In this document: positions 39,818 to 52,244 of the stretch, one piece after another
Numbering within the stretch: the first letter of the stretch is position 1
Layout of the letters: each line of letters starts with the position of its first letter
DNA from: Antedon mediterranea
Taxonomy: Eukaryota; Animalia; Echinodermata
Assembly: GCF_964355755.1 (NCBI RefSeq)
Contig: NC_092674.1
Span: forward strand, 9,176,001 to 9,240,000
Direction: 5' to 3'
Length of the DNA: 64,000 bases
The notes under the pieces: generated by a model
Seen by the model: the letters and a program-made list of their open reading frames with translations, nothing else
What the model was told of the DNA's origin: nothing
Database searches by the model: none
Program-made: the position numbers and the translations under genes

Positions 39818-41531
39818 CAATTGTCATCATAGTTTACTATAATTACGATAATAATAATAATACCAGTGTGCTTTATTGATTTGATGTTCGAATTTACATT
39901 GTCGATGTATACAGTATAACAAACCTTTTATAATTATATGTGAAAAATCAATATTGAATAAAAAAGGAGTATTTGAAAATTGTTCATCGTAGCGTTTAAG
40001 TTTTGTTGTCATTTATGATGCGAGAACGGTATTCCCTACTCAATTGTATTCTTGAATAAATATCAAGGTGAAGATAATGGACGAATGAGTAATTTAGTGC
40101 CTAGTTAATGATATTGTCATATACACTTGTATATAGATGAAAATGAATTGCATTAATATTATTATAGTAGTGCGTGAGTAGGTATCTTTGTAACGCGTCA
40201 ATAGGTTACTACGTAACGCGTCAGTAGTTTCTTCGTAACGCGTCAATAGGTTTCTTTGCAACACATTTTAAGCTCATAAACTAACGTACTACATAATATC
40301 GGAATATACAGTAATGACCATCTCAGTTTAATTTAAGGTTATTGGAATTGATCAAGATATTACAAAGGCATACGGGGAAAAAACACGATTACGCGATTCA
40401 CACGACAGACACGTTATGGCATGCAAAAAGCAACATCTGCGTGTGTTCGTAACTCTGGGGAAGAAATGCACAAGAACATTCTTGTTTGTTTCTGAAAACT
40501 TGTGCGGTTCAAAATGGTTAAATAATAATAAAATAAAATATCGATACGTACCAGTCTTCAGGGGTAGAGTTACGAACTGACTCACAAAATAGCGTGCTAC
40601 TTATTTCAATAAAAGCAATACTGAATCTGTTTAGCTTGTGGCGTTACGTAGCAGATATACACGTACAGTATGAATTGCGTTTGTCTCGATCGCTTGTTCG
40701 TGATGAGAATCATGCACTACGTAAGCACATTATGAATAATTTAACGATTTTCAGCTTTTTATTACTTCATTGTGAATTCGTAATCAGTTTTTTTTCATTG
40801 GATACATTATTATTTAATCGGGTTGTAATTATTGCAAATGAGAAGGACATTTAACCATAATTAATGACGTTAGGTATCATACTTCACGACAGAGCGACAT
40901 CCTGATTTTACAATTTGAAGTTTATATAATAAACATCATTTTACTGAATTTAGTAAATCTCAATAGAGCATAGCCTTTCAGCTTGATATCGGGAAGCTAA
41001 TGTTGAGCTCACATCTCCATGCCATTATATGAACATTAAAAAGGGCCGAGGTCAACTTTATAGTCCCACATTGAGAAAGTGTAAAGAAAGAAAAGGCAGT
41101 AGGCCTAGATATGGAAGAAAGAAAAAAGAACATATTTTGTTTAGACAATGTAAACAAAGGATGATTTAAATGTAAATACATAATCAAATTTCCTAAATAT
41201 TAATTGATCTTAGAAGCATGATGTTGCACGTTCCCGCGAACGTGTAGTAGAAGAAAACCTTTTGTTTACCAGAAAAAAACAGATATCTTTGTATCGGCAA
41301 TATACATGCGGTATATTCCTATTTCTTTAAAGTTTTTTTTTCAAGTTATGAATATTAGAATCTAACGGAATAAGTTCCTTGTGTTTTTCAAACTTTCAAA
41401 AGTCAGTTTCTTGCCCAGCTTTCTATTCTGTTCAAGAACTCTGTCTCTTGTGAACATTAGTTCCATTATCTGACTCAAACTTCAGAGCCAGTTTCTTTTC
41501 ATCCGCTTGCACGTTTCCTTTTGAGATTAGC

Positions 41532-41618
41532 GGGTGTCTAGAAAACTCAGATCTCAGATATAAGTCAGATATCTGAGTTTTCTAGATCTAGAAAACTCAG
41601 ATATATCTGAGATCTGTA
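41532..41618. repeat. Short palindromic/tandem TE-end remnant (GGGTGTCTAGAAAACTCAGA)
   Basis: TCTAGAAAACTCAGAT occurs in direct and inverted orientation. Resembles 63879-63968. Confidence 0.5.
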
Positions 41619-41739
41619 GTTACGTATTGCCAAGCAGAAAGTGGTATTAACACTCTCAATTCAAGCTTCATGTTTCGCTTCTATTCTAATTGTATCTGTA
41701 TATGGCTGCCAAAGACTCATGCAATCATTTTCATTCTTA

Positions 41740-41915
41740 AGCTCTGTCTATACTAGTTAAAAAAGTGTGACGTGCCCAAATATAATACAAATAGTGATAT
41801 ACCCAAATATGGTAGTGATATACCCAAATATGGTAGTGATACGACATCATCATATCTATATATGGGCACATCACTATCTTTTTGTCACATAAACTTTAAT
41901 AGTGTAGACAGAGCT
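41740..41915. mobile_element. AGCTCTGTCTACACTA-family MITE
   Basis: TIRs AGCTCTGTCTATACTA / TAGTGTAGACAGAGCT with internal ATATGGTAGTGATAT repeats. Confidence 0.75.
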
Positions 41916-44029
41916 ACAGTGTAAAGTAGTGTCTCTTGACAGACGGGTTGTGTACATATTATTTAAAGGTTGATTTTTCCATTTAAATTATTATTGTATA
42001 ATTATGTAATCCTATTCCATGAAATCACATTGCCACTGCTATTTAACCATAAAGTGGTTTAAACAAATGTGTTAATAAAATCATATATTACTTTTGAATA
42101 ACTCGAATGACTGTTCAAGGAACACAACAACAGTCCTAATAATAATAATGAAATAATAAGTATATAATATTAGTATGCCTAGACCTAACTAACAAGAACC
42201 CGTTGAGTTTGAAAAGATGACAATCGATAAATCAATAAAGGATGCTCAGTGAAAATACATGTGCTTCACTGCACTCGTTAAATTTTTATCTACATTAACA
42301 TTTGCAAACGTTTTATAAAAATTACCTTTTATAGTATTAAAATACTACTAATATTATGAGCATTAAATGCTCTGTGTAGATGTGAAGACAAGGTTTATAG
42401 TACATATGCAAACAGAGCAACTCATATGCATAATTAAGATAGTCTTAATGTGTCTACAATTCTACAAAATACAAATTCATACAAGATAACAAGAAGTCAT
42501 TAAAGCTTTTCAGACGTTTTAGAACATAATCAAAATACAACCGCGTTCACAATATTGAGATACTCACATAACGCAGATTGGATGTGTAAATATTCTTTTT
42601 ACGTTCCGTAGATGAAGTCAAATACAGTGTCTTCTATGTATATCCTACTACAGCAGACACTCTTTAGTTTGTGGATTGTTCGATCAGTATATCAACGGTA
42701 AACGACCGCTACACTGTAAAATAGATTTCTGAATTTTCGCAGCGACCTGGAGAATTTCTTAGCAAGGTGATTGGTTAACGACAAACTGACGATCGATAGT
42801 TTAATAACGCGCTTCGTTGTCATGCTTGGAAATGATAATATAAAAAAGGATCTTTCACTGAGGCTCGCTGACGAATATATTTTATAAAATAAACAAGAAT
42901 CGATACATACATATAGGCCTATATAAAAGAAAAGAATTTACTATCTATTGAAAATATTAACTGTTTTATCTCATTAAAATCAATTTCTAATAAATACAAG
43001 AATTAAAGATCCGAACAATACTTCGTCGTAAACGGCAATGATAAAATATGATGAATAACTTACCCCTTGCGTGCTACACAATTGCAACGAGCACTGGAAA
43101 GAGTGAGAGATTTAAACCAAACATTACCAGTTGTGAAGTACCACAAACTTGTATAATAATACAAGATAAAGCGATGCTATTTTTTGTAAATTGATGACAA
43201 ACATACTGCAGCGGGTTAAAAATATTCCATTGGCATGTTTCACACTTGATTAATATAGTAAACAAAATGACCAGTCCAACATGACCCTGAAGCAAAAACA
43301 CAGCAAACCATACTTCTACTAAAACAGAAAATATGGCGCGCAACATACGACGTGTCTTGTCTAATTTAAATACAAGTGGTTGTTTAATACCAACTATGCA
43401 TATTACAAGGAATTTGAAAACAAAACCATCAGGGATCCTACAGAAAATGTGTCATTAAAATACGGTAACAAACCACATTGAATATAAAAAAGTGTGGACT
43501 TGACCAGAGGTATTATACAACTTGAATTGCAAGTTGCAACTAATTTGAGAAATCACAACAATTGTTGAACGATTGGAATGTTCCATCGATAGCTTTATAC
43601 AAAGTATAGTATTTTCGCGCCACGCCTCTAGGCAGCTATATTCCCAGAGAACATAATCATTAAGAAGCTTTTTATATCTATAATTTTGGAATTGTATAAA
43701 CTCGACTAATTTATATAGGTCCATGCTGCTCGACTCAAAATACGTCTGGGAAAAGAGAGTCTGAGTCTACAAGTCGTCCTTATCTAACTTAATTAGTAGG
43801 CTATACTGGTTTATGTTAAAAATCAGTACCGAAAGTATAATACCAACTTTATATACCATTGATTGAATATTTTAATAGCCATTTACATTGGCCTATAGGC
43901 CGCGTGTTTCCACGGCCAAAAAAAGGGTTAATTTGTAACCAAAGGTGCGCATGATAAGTCATTACCCAACAACCAGATGCGTGAATCATAACAATTTGTC
44001 TTTAAGGAAAAACCACTTTCATTAAATTT

Positions 44030-44600
44030 TTTTATCACAATGTTAACATGGCGGTGTGTATTCTCAAATGCCAACTTTGTTAAATATCGGCTCAGTTACA
44101 ATGTTCACATATTAGGCCTATGGTATCTCTCCTGTGTGTATGAATCATTTTTCTTTTCAAATGTCAACTGTGGTTAAATTTCTTTTCACAAATTCCACAT
44201 TCAATGGCGTACTCCTGTCTGTACTCTCAAATTAGTTTTTAAATCCCCAAATTGTTTAATTCTCTCCACAATAATTTACATTCATATGGTGCCTCTCCGG
44301 TGTGTATTTTCAAATGTGTTTTCAATTTCCTCCGATTGTTTTAAACGTATTCTAACAATATTCACATTCTCTCCTGTGTGTGTTTTCAAATGCAAATTTT
44401 CAAACTCACACTTTCTTCAAATTTCTTCTCACAATGTCACATTCAAAGGTGTCTTTTCTGTGTGTATACGCCAATATCAAACTTTCACTTCGATTAAATT
44501 TCTTTCCACAACATTCAAATTCGTATGGTGTCTTTCCTGTGTGTATTCCATGCTGCTTTTTAAAACAATAATACAACGTGTTTAAGGTCGTTAGATTTTT
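44030..44600 (-). pseudogene. Decayed C2H2 zinc-finger array, paralog of 59980-61020
   Basis: Frameshifted HTGKTPYEFECCGKKFNRS units with the same nucleotide repeat (TCTCCTGTGTGTA, CAATGTTCACAT) as the intact array. Confidence 0.8.
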
Positions 44601-47167
44601 ATTTTGCCTGCTCACTACTTGTAGCGGGCAGTATATCTAATATTGTGTTGATCAGGTTATACAATTATTGTTATAATAATATTATTACTAGGTTAGGTAG
44701 GCCTACCTGCAAGTTACGAGGCCACGCTCACTTCTTATGTCGGCGAAAAAGTGTGACCAAAGATAGTGTACAGTACTATACTACACTATTGTTGGTCTAT
44801 AAACTATAATTAAGATTGGTTAAATAATATTTAAACAACAAATATTTCTTACAAAAAACGCTGCTCGCTTATTGAAAAATATTTTTTATTTCAAATGTTT
44901 TTGAATGTGTCATTTTATTATCACATAGGCCTAATAGTTATTTTACCTGAAAAAAAAATGTAATTTAAAGCAACAAATACTTAAATTGTCTGACAGACAA
45001 GGGTTTTGGGGTTTCTTTCTCTTTTTATATGTGAATAAATATTATTTTTTGTTACAGAATTGAATACTCAATTTCTGTCACTTTAGTTAATTTTATTGCT
45101 AAGGTCAAGCAAGTCTGGGGGTCACTTCATCACCCTAGATATTTCAAGTGTGAAGTATCCTATAACAAACAAAAACTTTAATGGACTGTTTCGATAATAA
45201 TTCAATGAATATCTGACAGTGAATATACCAGAAATGCTTTGGGATTTGTAATTTTAGCATGCCATGTCCTAATAGACTCTTTTCCCAGACGTTTTGTGGG
45301 TCTACTGTAGCAGCTGGAATAAATAAATTATAGTGGAGTTTCCATTTTTGCAAAACTGTCGTCCTTAGAATTCTATAACTGCTGCTTGCTTTAGCTTCTG
45401 ATTGAGTAGTCCTAATGGGTTAAAAAAGTCAACCATTGAAGATCACTCAAAGCTAAAGAAGTCATAGTCTTGAGCGTCAACTCCTTTATAAAACCAATTT
45501 CACAGGTGCAAGCTTAAATTTTAAATTAAGATCGAACACTTTACCTCTTGATGGATGAACCTGTAAATGGTCTAAAGAAATATCTGGCCACTGCACAATA
45601 TGTCAAAGTGGTGAAATAGAAAATATAAATGTTTTATTTAATTGTCAAGCTCTTAATGCTACAAAGAGATTGAATTAGTAAAGCTAAATAATGACCTTGA
45701 AATTTTGGATGAGTCTGCAAGATAGGACAATTTTATAAATGATTAATGAAAAAACAATTTTAGTTTTAGGGGTGGGGGATATTAACATGAACCTTAGTAA
45801 AGCTGTCTTGACAGTATTTGATAATATTGTAAAGATTTTCTTAAAGTTGCCTAAAAAAGAGCTATTTTGCATTATTGCTTATTTAATTTTGTTTGTTCTT
45901 ATTTTGTTTGTTTATTATTTATGTCATAATACTCAAGTTAAGAAAAGCGATTACATTGTTTGGTTTTTTTTATTACCATTGTAGAATGTAGATCATGTCA
46001 TTCAAAGAATTCTACTACAAATAGAAATGTGTTATTATACAAATAATGAATGTTTATGAGTGCAATGGTACAAATAATGGCACGAGGTGAATGATGAAAG
46101 GTTATATCAACGAGGCAAAGCCGAGTTGATATAACCTTTCATCATTCACCAAGTGCCATTATTTGTACCATTACACGAATACAAAACATTCATTATTTGT
46201 TTTATATAACATCTAAATAAATTCTAGTTATTTGAATCAAATAAAAGGTAGCCCTAGCCAAAGCTTACTACATTTCATTCACACACATTTGATTAAAAAC
46301 AGTAACATTTGGTTTTTAATAATGTTATATTAAATGTTATATTTATATGGATTTCGTAAACACACCTACTTTTGTGTTAATTATGTCAACAAACGACCAA
46401 ACAATCCTAGGCCTAGCAAGGCTAAAACGCCTAGGCTAGGCCTAGCCTAATACTAGCATGGCCTAGGCTAGACCTAGTAGCCTAGTACTAGCTTGGCTGA
46501 AAGGCAAAACTTCGACAGACAATTGGAACTTATCTAAGCTAATTATGGTTTTTCCAACAATTCCACGTCTTGTAGGGATGTCCCCATTAATTAATCAAAA
46601 TCCTAAAAACGATCTAAAGCTAATTTAAATGCCTTTTTGAATGAAATTAGTACATAATGTCCAAATCGTACACAAATATCTGCTGCTGTTGCATATCTCA
46701 CGGTGGTGTTTACAAATGAAACTGAGACCAGACGACAGGTGGCGCTGTTGTATTTCACAGTACATAGCCGGCCATATCATAGGATAATTGAGCTATATTT
46801 CCTATACCATCCTGGCTAGTTGAGAATTCTCAACTATTTTATGTTTTTTTCTACCTTTCTGGAAAATGATATAATCCAAAGTGTATTAATACTACCAGTA
46901 GTAAACATTTAGAAACACTTGCATACCTTCACTAATTTTAGTTGTTTGTAGTTTAAGACAATCTTAGTGATATTTAAATGAAAACAATACGATAAAAACT
47001 ATTGTGTCTGTATTTTACAAGACTATGACTTCCGTATAACGTGCATTGTGGGTACTTCAATTTTTATAGAAAAGCTAGGGAATCCTAATTTAGTAGGCAG
47101 CATATGGGGGCGGGGCAACCAAACTTGCTTATCAAATCAAAGCACAGTAGTAAAGCAAAGGATAAAA

Positions 47168-50100
47168 TTAATGTACGATCCAGTTTACCACTGTTCTCAA
47201 CTATAGTCATTTTAGTATACTTGAGCACAGTGATTAAATAATAGGATAAACTTAACAATATACAACAAATAGCATTAATGTACGATCCAGTTTAACACTG
47301 TTCTGTCTCAACTATAGACATTTTGGTATACTTGAGCACAGTGATAAAGAATAGGATAAACTTAACAATATACAACAAAAAACATTAATGTACGATCCAG
47401 TTTAACACTGTTCTCAACTATATTAATTTTGGTATACTTGAGAACAGTGATAAAGAATAGGATAAACTTAACAATATACAACAAATAACATTAATGTATG
47501 ATCCCGTTTAACACTGTTCTCAACTATAGTCATTTTAGTATACTTGAGCACAGTGATAAAGAATAGGATAAACTTAACAATATACAACAAAAAACATTAA
47601 TGTATGATCCCGTTTAACACTGTTCTCAACTATAGTCATTTTAGTATACTTGAGCACAGTGATAAAGAATAGGATAAACTTAACAATATACAACAAATAG
47701 CATTAATGTACGATCCAGTTTAACACTGTTCTCAACTATAGACATTTTGGTATACTTGAGCACAGTGATAAAGAATAGGATAAACTTAACAATATACAAC
47801 AAAAAACATTAATGTACGATCCAGTTTAACACTGTTCTCAACTATAGTCATTTTGGTATACTTGAGAACAGTGATAAAGAATAGGATAAACTTAACAATA
47901 TACAACAAATAACATTAATGTATGATCCCGTTTAACACTGTTCTCAACTATAGTCATTTTGGTATACTTGAGCACAGTGATAAAGAATAGGATAAACTTA
48001 ACAATATACAACAAATAACATTAATGTACGATCCCGTTTAACACTGTTCTCAACTATAGTCATTTTGGTATACTTGAGAACAGTGATAAAGAATAGGATA
48101 AACTTAACAATATACAACAAATAACATTAATGTACGATGTAGTTTAACACTGTTCTCAACTATAGTCATTTTGGTATACTTGAGCACAGTGATAAAGAAT
48201 AGGATAAACTTAACAATATACAACAAATAACATTAATGTACGATGTAGTTTAACACTGTTCTCAACTATAGTCATTTTGGTATACTTGAGCACAGTGATA
48301 AAGAATAGGATAAACTTAACAATATACAACAAATAACATTAATGTACGATCCCGTTTAACACTGTTCTCAACTATAGTCATTTTGGTATACTTGAGAACA
48401 GTGATAAAGAATAGGATAAACTTAACAATATACAACAAATAACATTAATGTACGATCCAGTTTAACCCTGTTCTATAAACTATAGTCATTTTGGTATATT
48501 TGAGCACAGTGATAAAGAATAGGATAAACTTCGAATAAACAGCAAATAACATTAATGTACGATGCCGTTTAATACTGTTTTAAACTATAGTCATTTGAGT
48601 ATAATTAATCACAGATAAAGAATAAGATCAACTTAATAATATACAACAAATAACATTAATGTATGATCCCGTTTAACACTGTTCTCAACTATAGTCATTT
48701 TGGTATACTTGAGCACAGTGACAAAGAATAGGATAAACTTAACAATATACAACAAATAGCATTAATGTACGATGTAGTTTAACACTGTTCTCAACTATAG
48801 TCATTTTAGTATACTTGAGAACAGTGATAAAGAATAGGATAAACTTAACAATATACAACAAATAACATTAATGTATGATCCCGTTTAACACTGTTCTCAA
48901 CTATAGTCATTTTAGTATACTTGAGCACAGTGATAAAGAATATAGGATAAACTTAACAATATACAACAAATAACATTAATGTACGATCCCGTTTAACACT
49001 GTTCTCGACTATAGTCATTTTGGTATACTTGAGAACAGTGATAAAGAATAGGATAAACTTAACAATATACAACAAAAAACATTAATGTACGATCCAGTTT
49101 AACCCTGTTCTAAACTATAGTCATTTTGGTATATTTGAGCACAGTGATAAAGAATAGGATAAACTTAACAATATACAACAAATAACATTAATGTACGATG
49201 CCGTTTAAATCTGTTTTAAACTATAGTCATTTGAGTATACTTGAGCACAGTGATAAAGAATAGGATAAACTTAATAATATACAACAAATAACATTAATGT
49301 ACGATCCAGTTTAACACTGTTCTCAACTATAGTCATTTTGGTATACTTGAGCACAGTGATAAAGAATAGGATAAACTTAACAATATACAACAAATAACAT
49401 TAATGTACGATCCCATTTAACACTGTTCTCGACTATAGTCATTTTGGTATACAAGTTCAAAAAACATTTATTTATTCAACAATGGCATTATACAGTATAG
49501 TATAATTATAGGTAGTACATAAATGAAAACATAGTAATGAGCCATCATTTGGGGTCTTCTCCAGAAGAAAACAAGTTTCTTGTCTCGAGAAAGACCCCAG
49601 AAACAATACACATACATTTAAACTAATACAATTTACTACATAAAATAATAAATAAAAACAAAAACGATGAAATAAAAATAGATACTTTCAGTGTACTACA
49701 ATCATAATAATATTAAAATTAGTATAAAGAAATAAGATATTTTTTAAAATTTTTACGAAAAGTATAAAGAGATTTAAAATGCTTTAGTTTATCATCAAGA
49801 TCATTCCAGATTCGCGGTCCTGAAACAGAAATAAAATATTCGGAAATTTTCAGTCTAAAAGGAGGTACATCAAGATGCTGAAATTTACTGTGGATACGTA
49901 AATTGTACTTGTGTGATTTTGTATGATGACTTAATAGATTAGACATTGTCACAGGGAGTTTGGTATTAAAGAATTGAAAAATAAAGGAAGCAGCAATTTG
50001 AGCACAGTGATAAAGAATAGAATAAACTTAACAATATACAACAAATAACATTAATGTACGATCCCATTTAACACTGTTCTCAACTATAGTCATTTTGGTA

Positions 50101-50556
50101 TACTTGAGCACAGTGATAAAGAATAGGATAAACTTAATATACAACAAATAACATTAATGTATACGATCCCATTTAACACTGTTCTCAACTATAGTCATTT
50201 TGGTATACTTGAGCACAGTGATAAAGAATAGGATAAACTTAACAATATATACAACAAATAACATTAATGTACGATCCCATTTAACACTGTTCTCGACTAT
50301 AGTCATTTTGGTATACTTGAGCACAGTGATAAAGAATAGGATAAACTTAACAATATACAACAAATAACATTAATGTACGATCCAGTTTAACCCTGTTCTA
50401 AACTATAGTCATTTTGGTATATTTGAGCACAATGATAAAGAATAGGATAAACTTCGAATAAACAGAAAATAACCTTAATGTACGATGCCGTTTAATACTG
50501 TTTTAAACTATAGTCATTTGAGTATAATTAATCACAGATAAAGAATAAGATCAACT
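47168..50556 (+). repeat. 106-bp satellite array, left arm (~27 monomers)
   Basis: Monomer TTAATGTACGATCCAGTTTAACACTGTTCTCAACTATAGTCATTTTGGTATACTTGAGCACAGTGATAAAGAATAGGATAAACTTAACAATATACAACAAATAACA. Period checked at 48021 to 48127. Confidence 0.97.
49453..49997 (-). mobile_element. 3' fragment of an L2/Crack-like LINE inserted into one satellite monomer
   Basis: ORF ...HKYNLR..SVSGPRIWNDL..FRKNFKKYLISLY, a 3' UTR hairpin and AATAAA. It splits GGTATAC|TTGAGCAC without a TSD. Confidence 0.8.
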
Positions 50557-50667
50557 TTAATACTATTTATTAAATAAAAAAAACTAATTCTATATTAACA
50601 CATATTATTTACATATACTTTCACTGCTGATTTCTAGTATAAACAGGCCATAGGCCTATACATGGCT

Positions 50668-50756
50668 GCAGTCGCGTGCTCAAATTTGAGTTGGTGTTTA
50701 CCGACCGACCGACTGACATAGTGAGCTGTAGAGTCGCCTTTGCACGCTACTAAAAA
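50668..50756. mobile_element. Helentron/DINE-1-like remnant
   Basis: (CCGA)n microsatellite followed by ACATAGTGAGCTGTAGAGTCGCCTTTGCACGCTACTAAAAA, resembling the subterminal palindrome plus A-run end of such elements. Confidence 0.45.
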
Positions 50757-50989
50757 GTTCACAAAAACCGTAGGACGGGCACAGGGGAGTTTGTTCGAAA
50801 CTCCAACCCCTCCCCTGGCTATGCGTTTAGATTTTTCATGCCTCCTTTACAAACCAAGATTATTAGAATACTATTAGGAGGATCAAACACAATTCTTGTT
50901 GCCAGATTTCATTGACATTACAGGTATGAAGCCTCTCAATATACAGTACCGCTTAATACAATACTTGTTGAGGCCATATCCATCTATAC

Positions 50990-52230
50990 ATTTTAGTGTT
51001 ATTCCACTTTAAAAAAGTCGATTTATATCAATACTCATCAACATACGATATAACGATAGAATTTATTGCAACTTGTCCATGTCGTATTCATCTACAAATA
51101 AAGTGTCTATTACCGTACTTTTAAAAATCTATTTATATCAATACCTATCAACGTATGTACGTGTGCATATTATATATACAAAAATATATACATCAACATA
51201 AATGTCATATCATCTACAGTCATTAGTGTTATTTCACTTTTAATATTAGTAAATGCAAAGGCAAAATACTGAAATAATAACAATGCTGTGGTCTCAATGG
51301 AGATACAAAAAAAAGAAGCGAAAAGCTAAATCAAAACGATAAAGTAAAACAGCCAGACAAGTTAGCAGAGTTTTCGGGCAACACTAGCCCTTCATCAGTG
51401 CAAGTGAGGGTACTACAAGATAGTGTTATTTAACGTTTAGTCGATTTATATCAATACACTCATCAACGTACGTGCAATTCACGTCTACAATCAATAGTGT
51501 TAATTCCACTTTTAAAAGTCGATTTATATCAATATACTCATCAACATATGTACGTGTCCACGTCATATTCATCTATAAATATTAGTGTTATTTCACTTTT
51601 AAAAGTCGATTTATCAATATACTCATCAATAAATGTACTTGTCCACGTCATATTCATTTACAAATCAGTGTTATTTCACTTTTCGAAGTCAATTATATCA
51701 ATAGGCCTATAGGCCTACTCATCAACATTATGTACGTGCAATTCACGTCATATTCATATATGATCAATAGTGTACAACTAATAGTGTTATTTCACTTTTA
51801 AAAGTCGATTTATATCAATATACTCATCAATAAATGTACTTGTCCACGTCATATTCATCTACAAATATTAGTGTTATTTCACTTTTAAAAGTCGATTTAT
51901 ATCAATATACTCATCAGCATATGTAAATCGTGTCCAAGTCATATTCATCTACAAATATTAGTTTGACTTTTAAAAGTCAATTTATATCAATATAGTAATC
52001 AATATATGTACGTGTCCACGTCATATTCATCTACAAATATTAGTGTTATTTCACTTTTCAAAGTCGATTTATATAAATATACTACTCATCAACATAATGT
52101 ACGTGCAATTCACGTCATATTTATCTACAATCATTTGTGTTAATTCCACTTAGAAAAGTCAATTTATATCAATTACTTATGAACATATGTACGTGTCCGC
52201 GTCATTCATCTACAAATATTATAGTGTTAT
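50990..52230 (+). repeat. Second, more diverged ~87-bp tandem array in the spacer between the satellite arms
   Basis: Unit TAGTGTTATTTCACTTTTAAAAGTCGATTTATATCAATATACTCATCAACATATGTACGTGTCCACGTCATATTCATCTACAAATAT, about 12 copies. Period checked at 51782 to 51869. Confidence 0.9.
51362..51403 (-). ncRNA. Minimal type I hammerhead ribozyme-like motif in a probable Penelope-like pLTR fragment (~51243-51420)
   Basis: Minus strand TTGCA-CTGATGA-AGGGC-TAGTGTT-GCCC-GAAA-ACTC-TGCTAA: core boxes, stem II GGGC/GCCC and stem I TTGCA/TGC(T)AA. Stem III is imperfect. Confidence 0.6.
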
Positions 52231-52244
52231 TATGTTTTTCATAT

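Noticed and set aside
50154-50363. ORFs within the satellite and 87-bp arrays (also 51497-51712)
   Set aside because: Chance open frames through repeats, with no domain or splice support.
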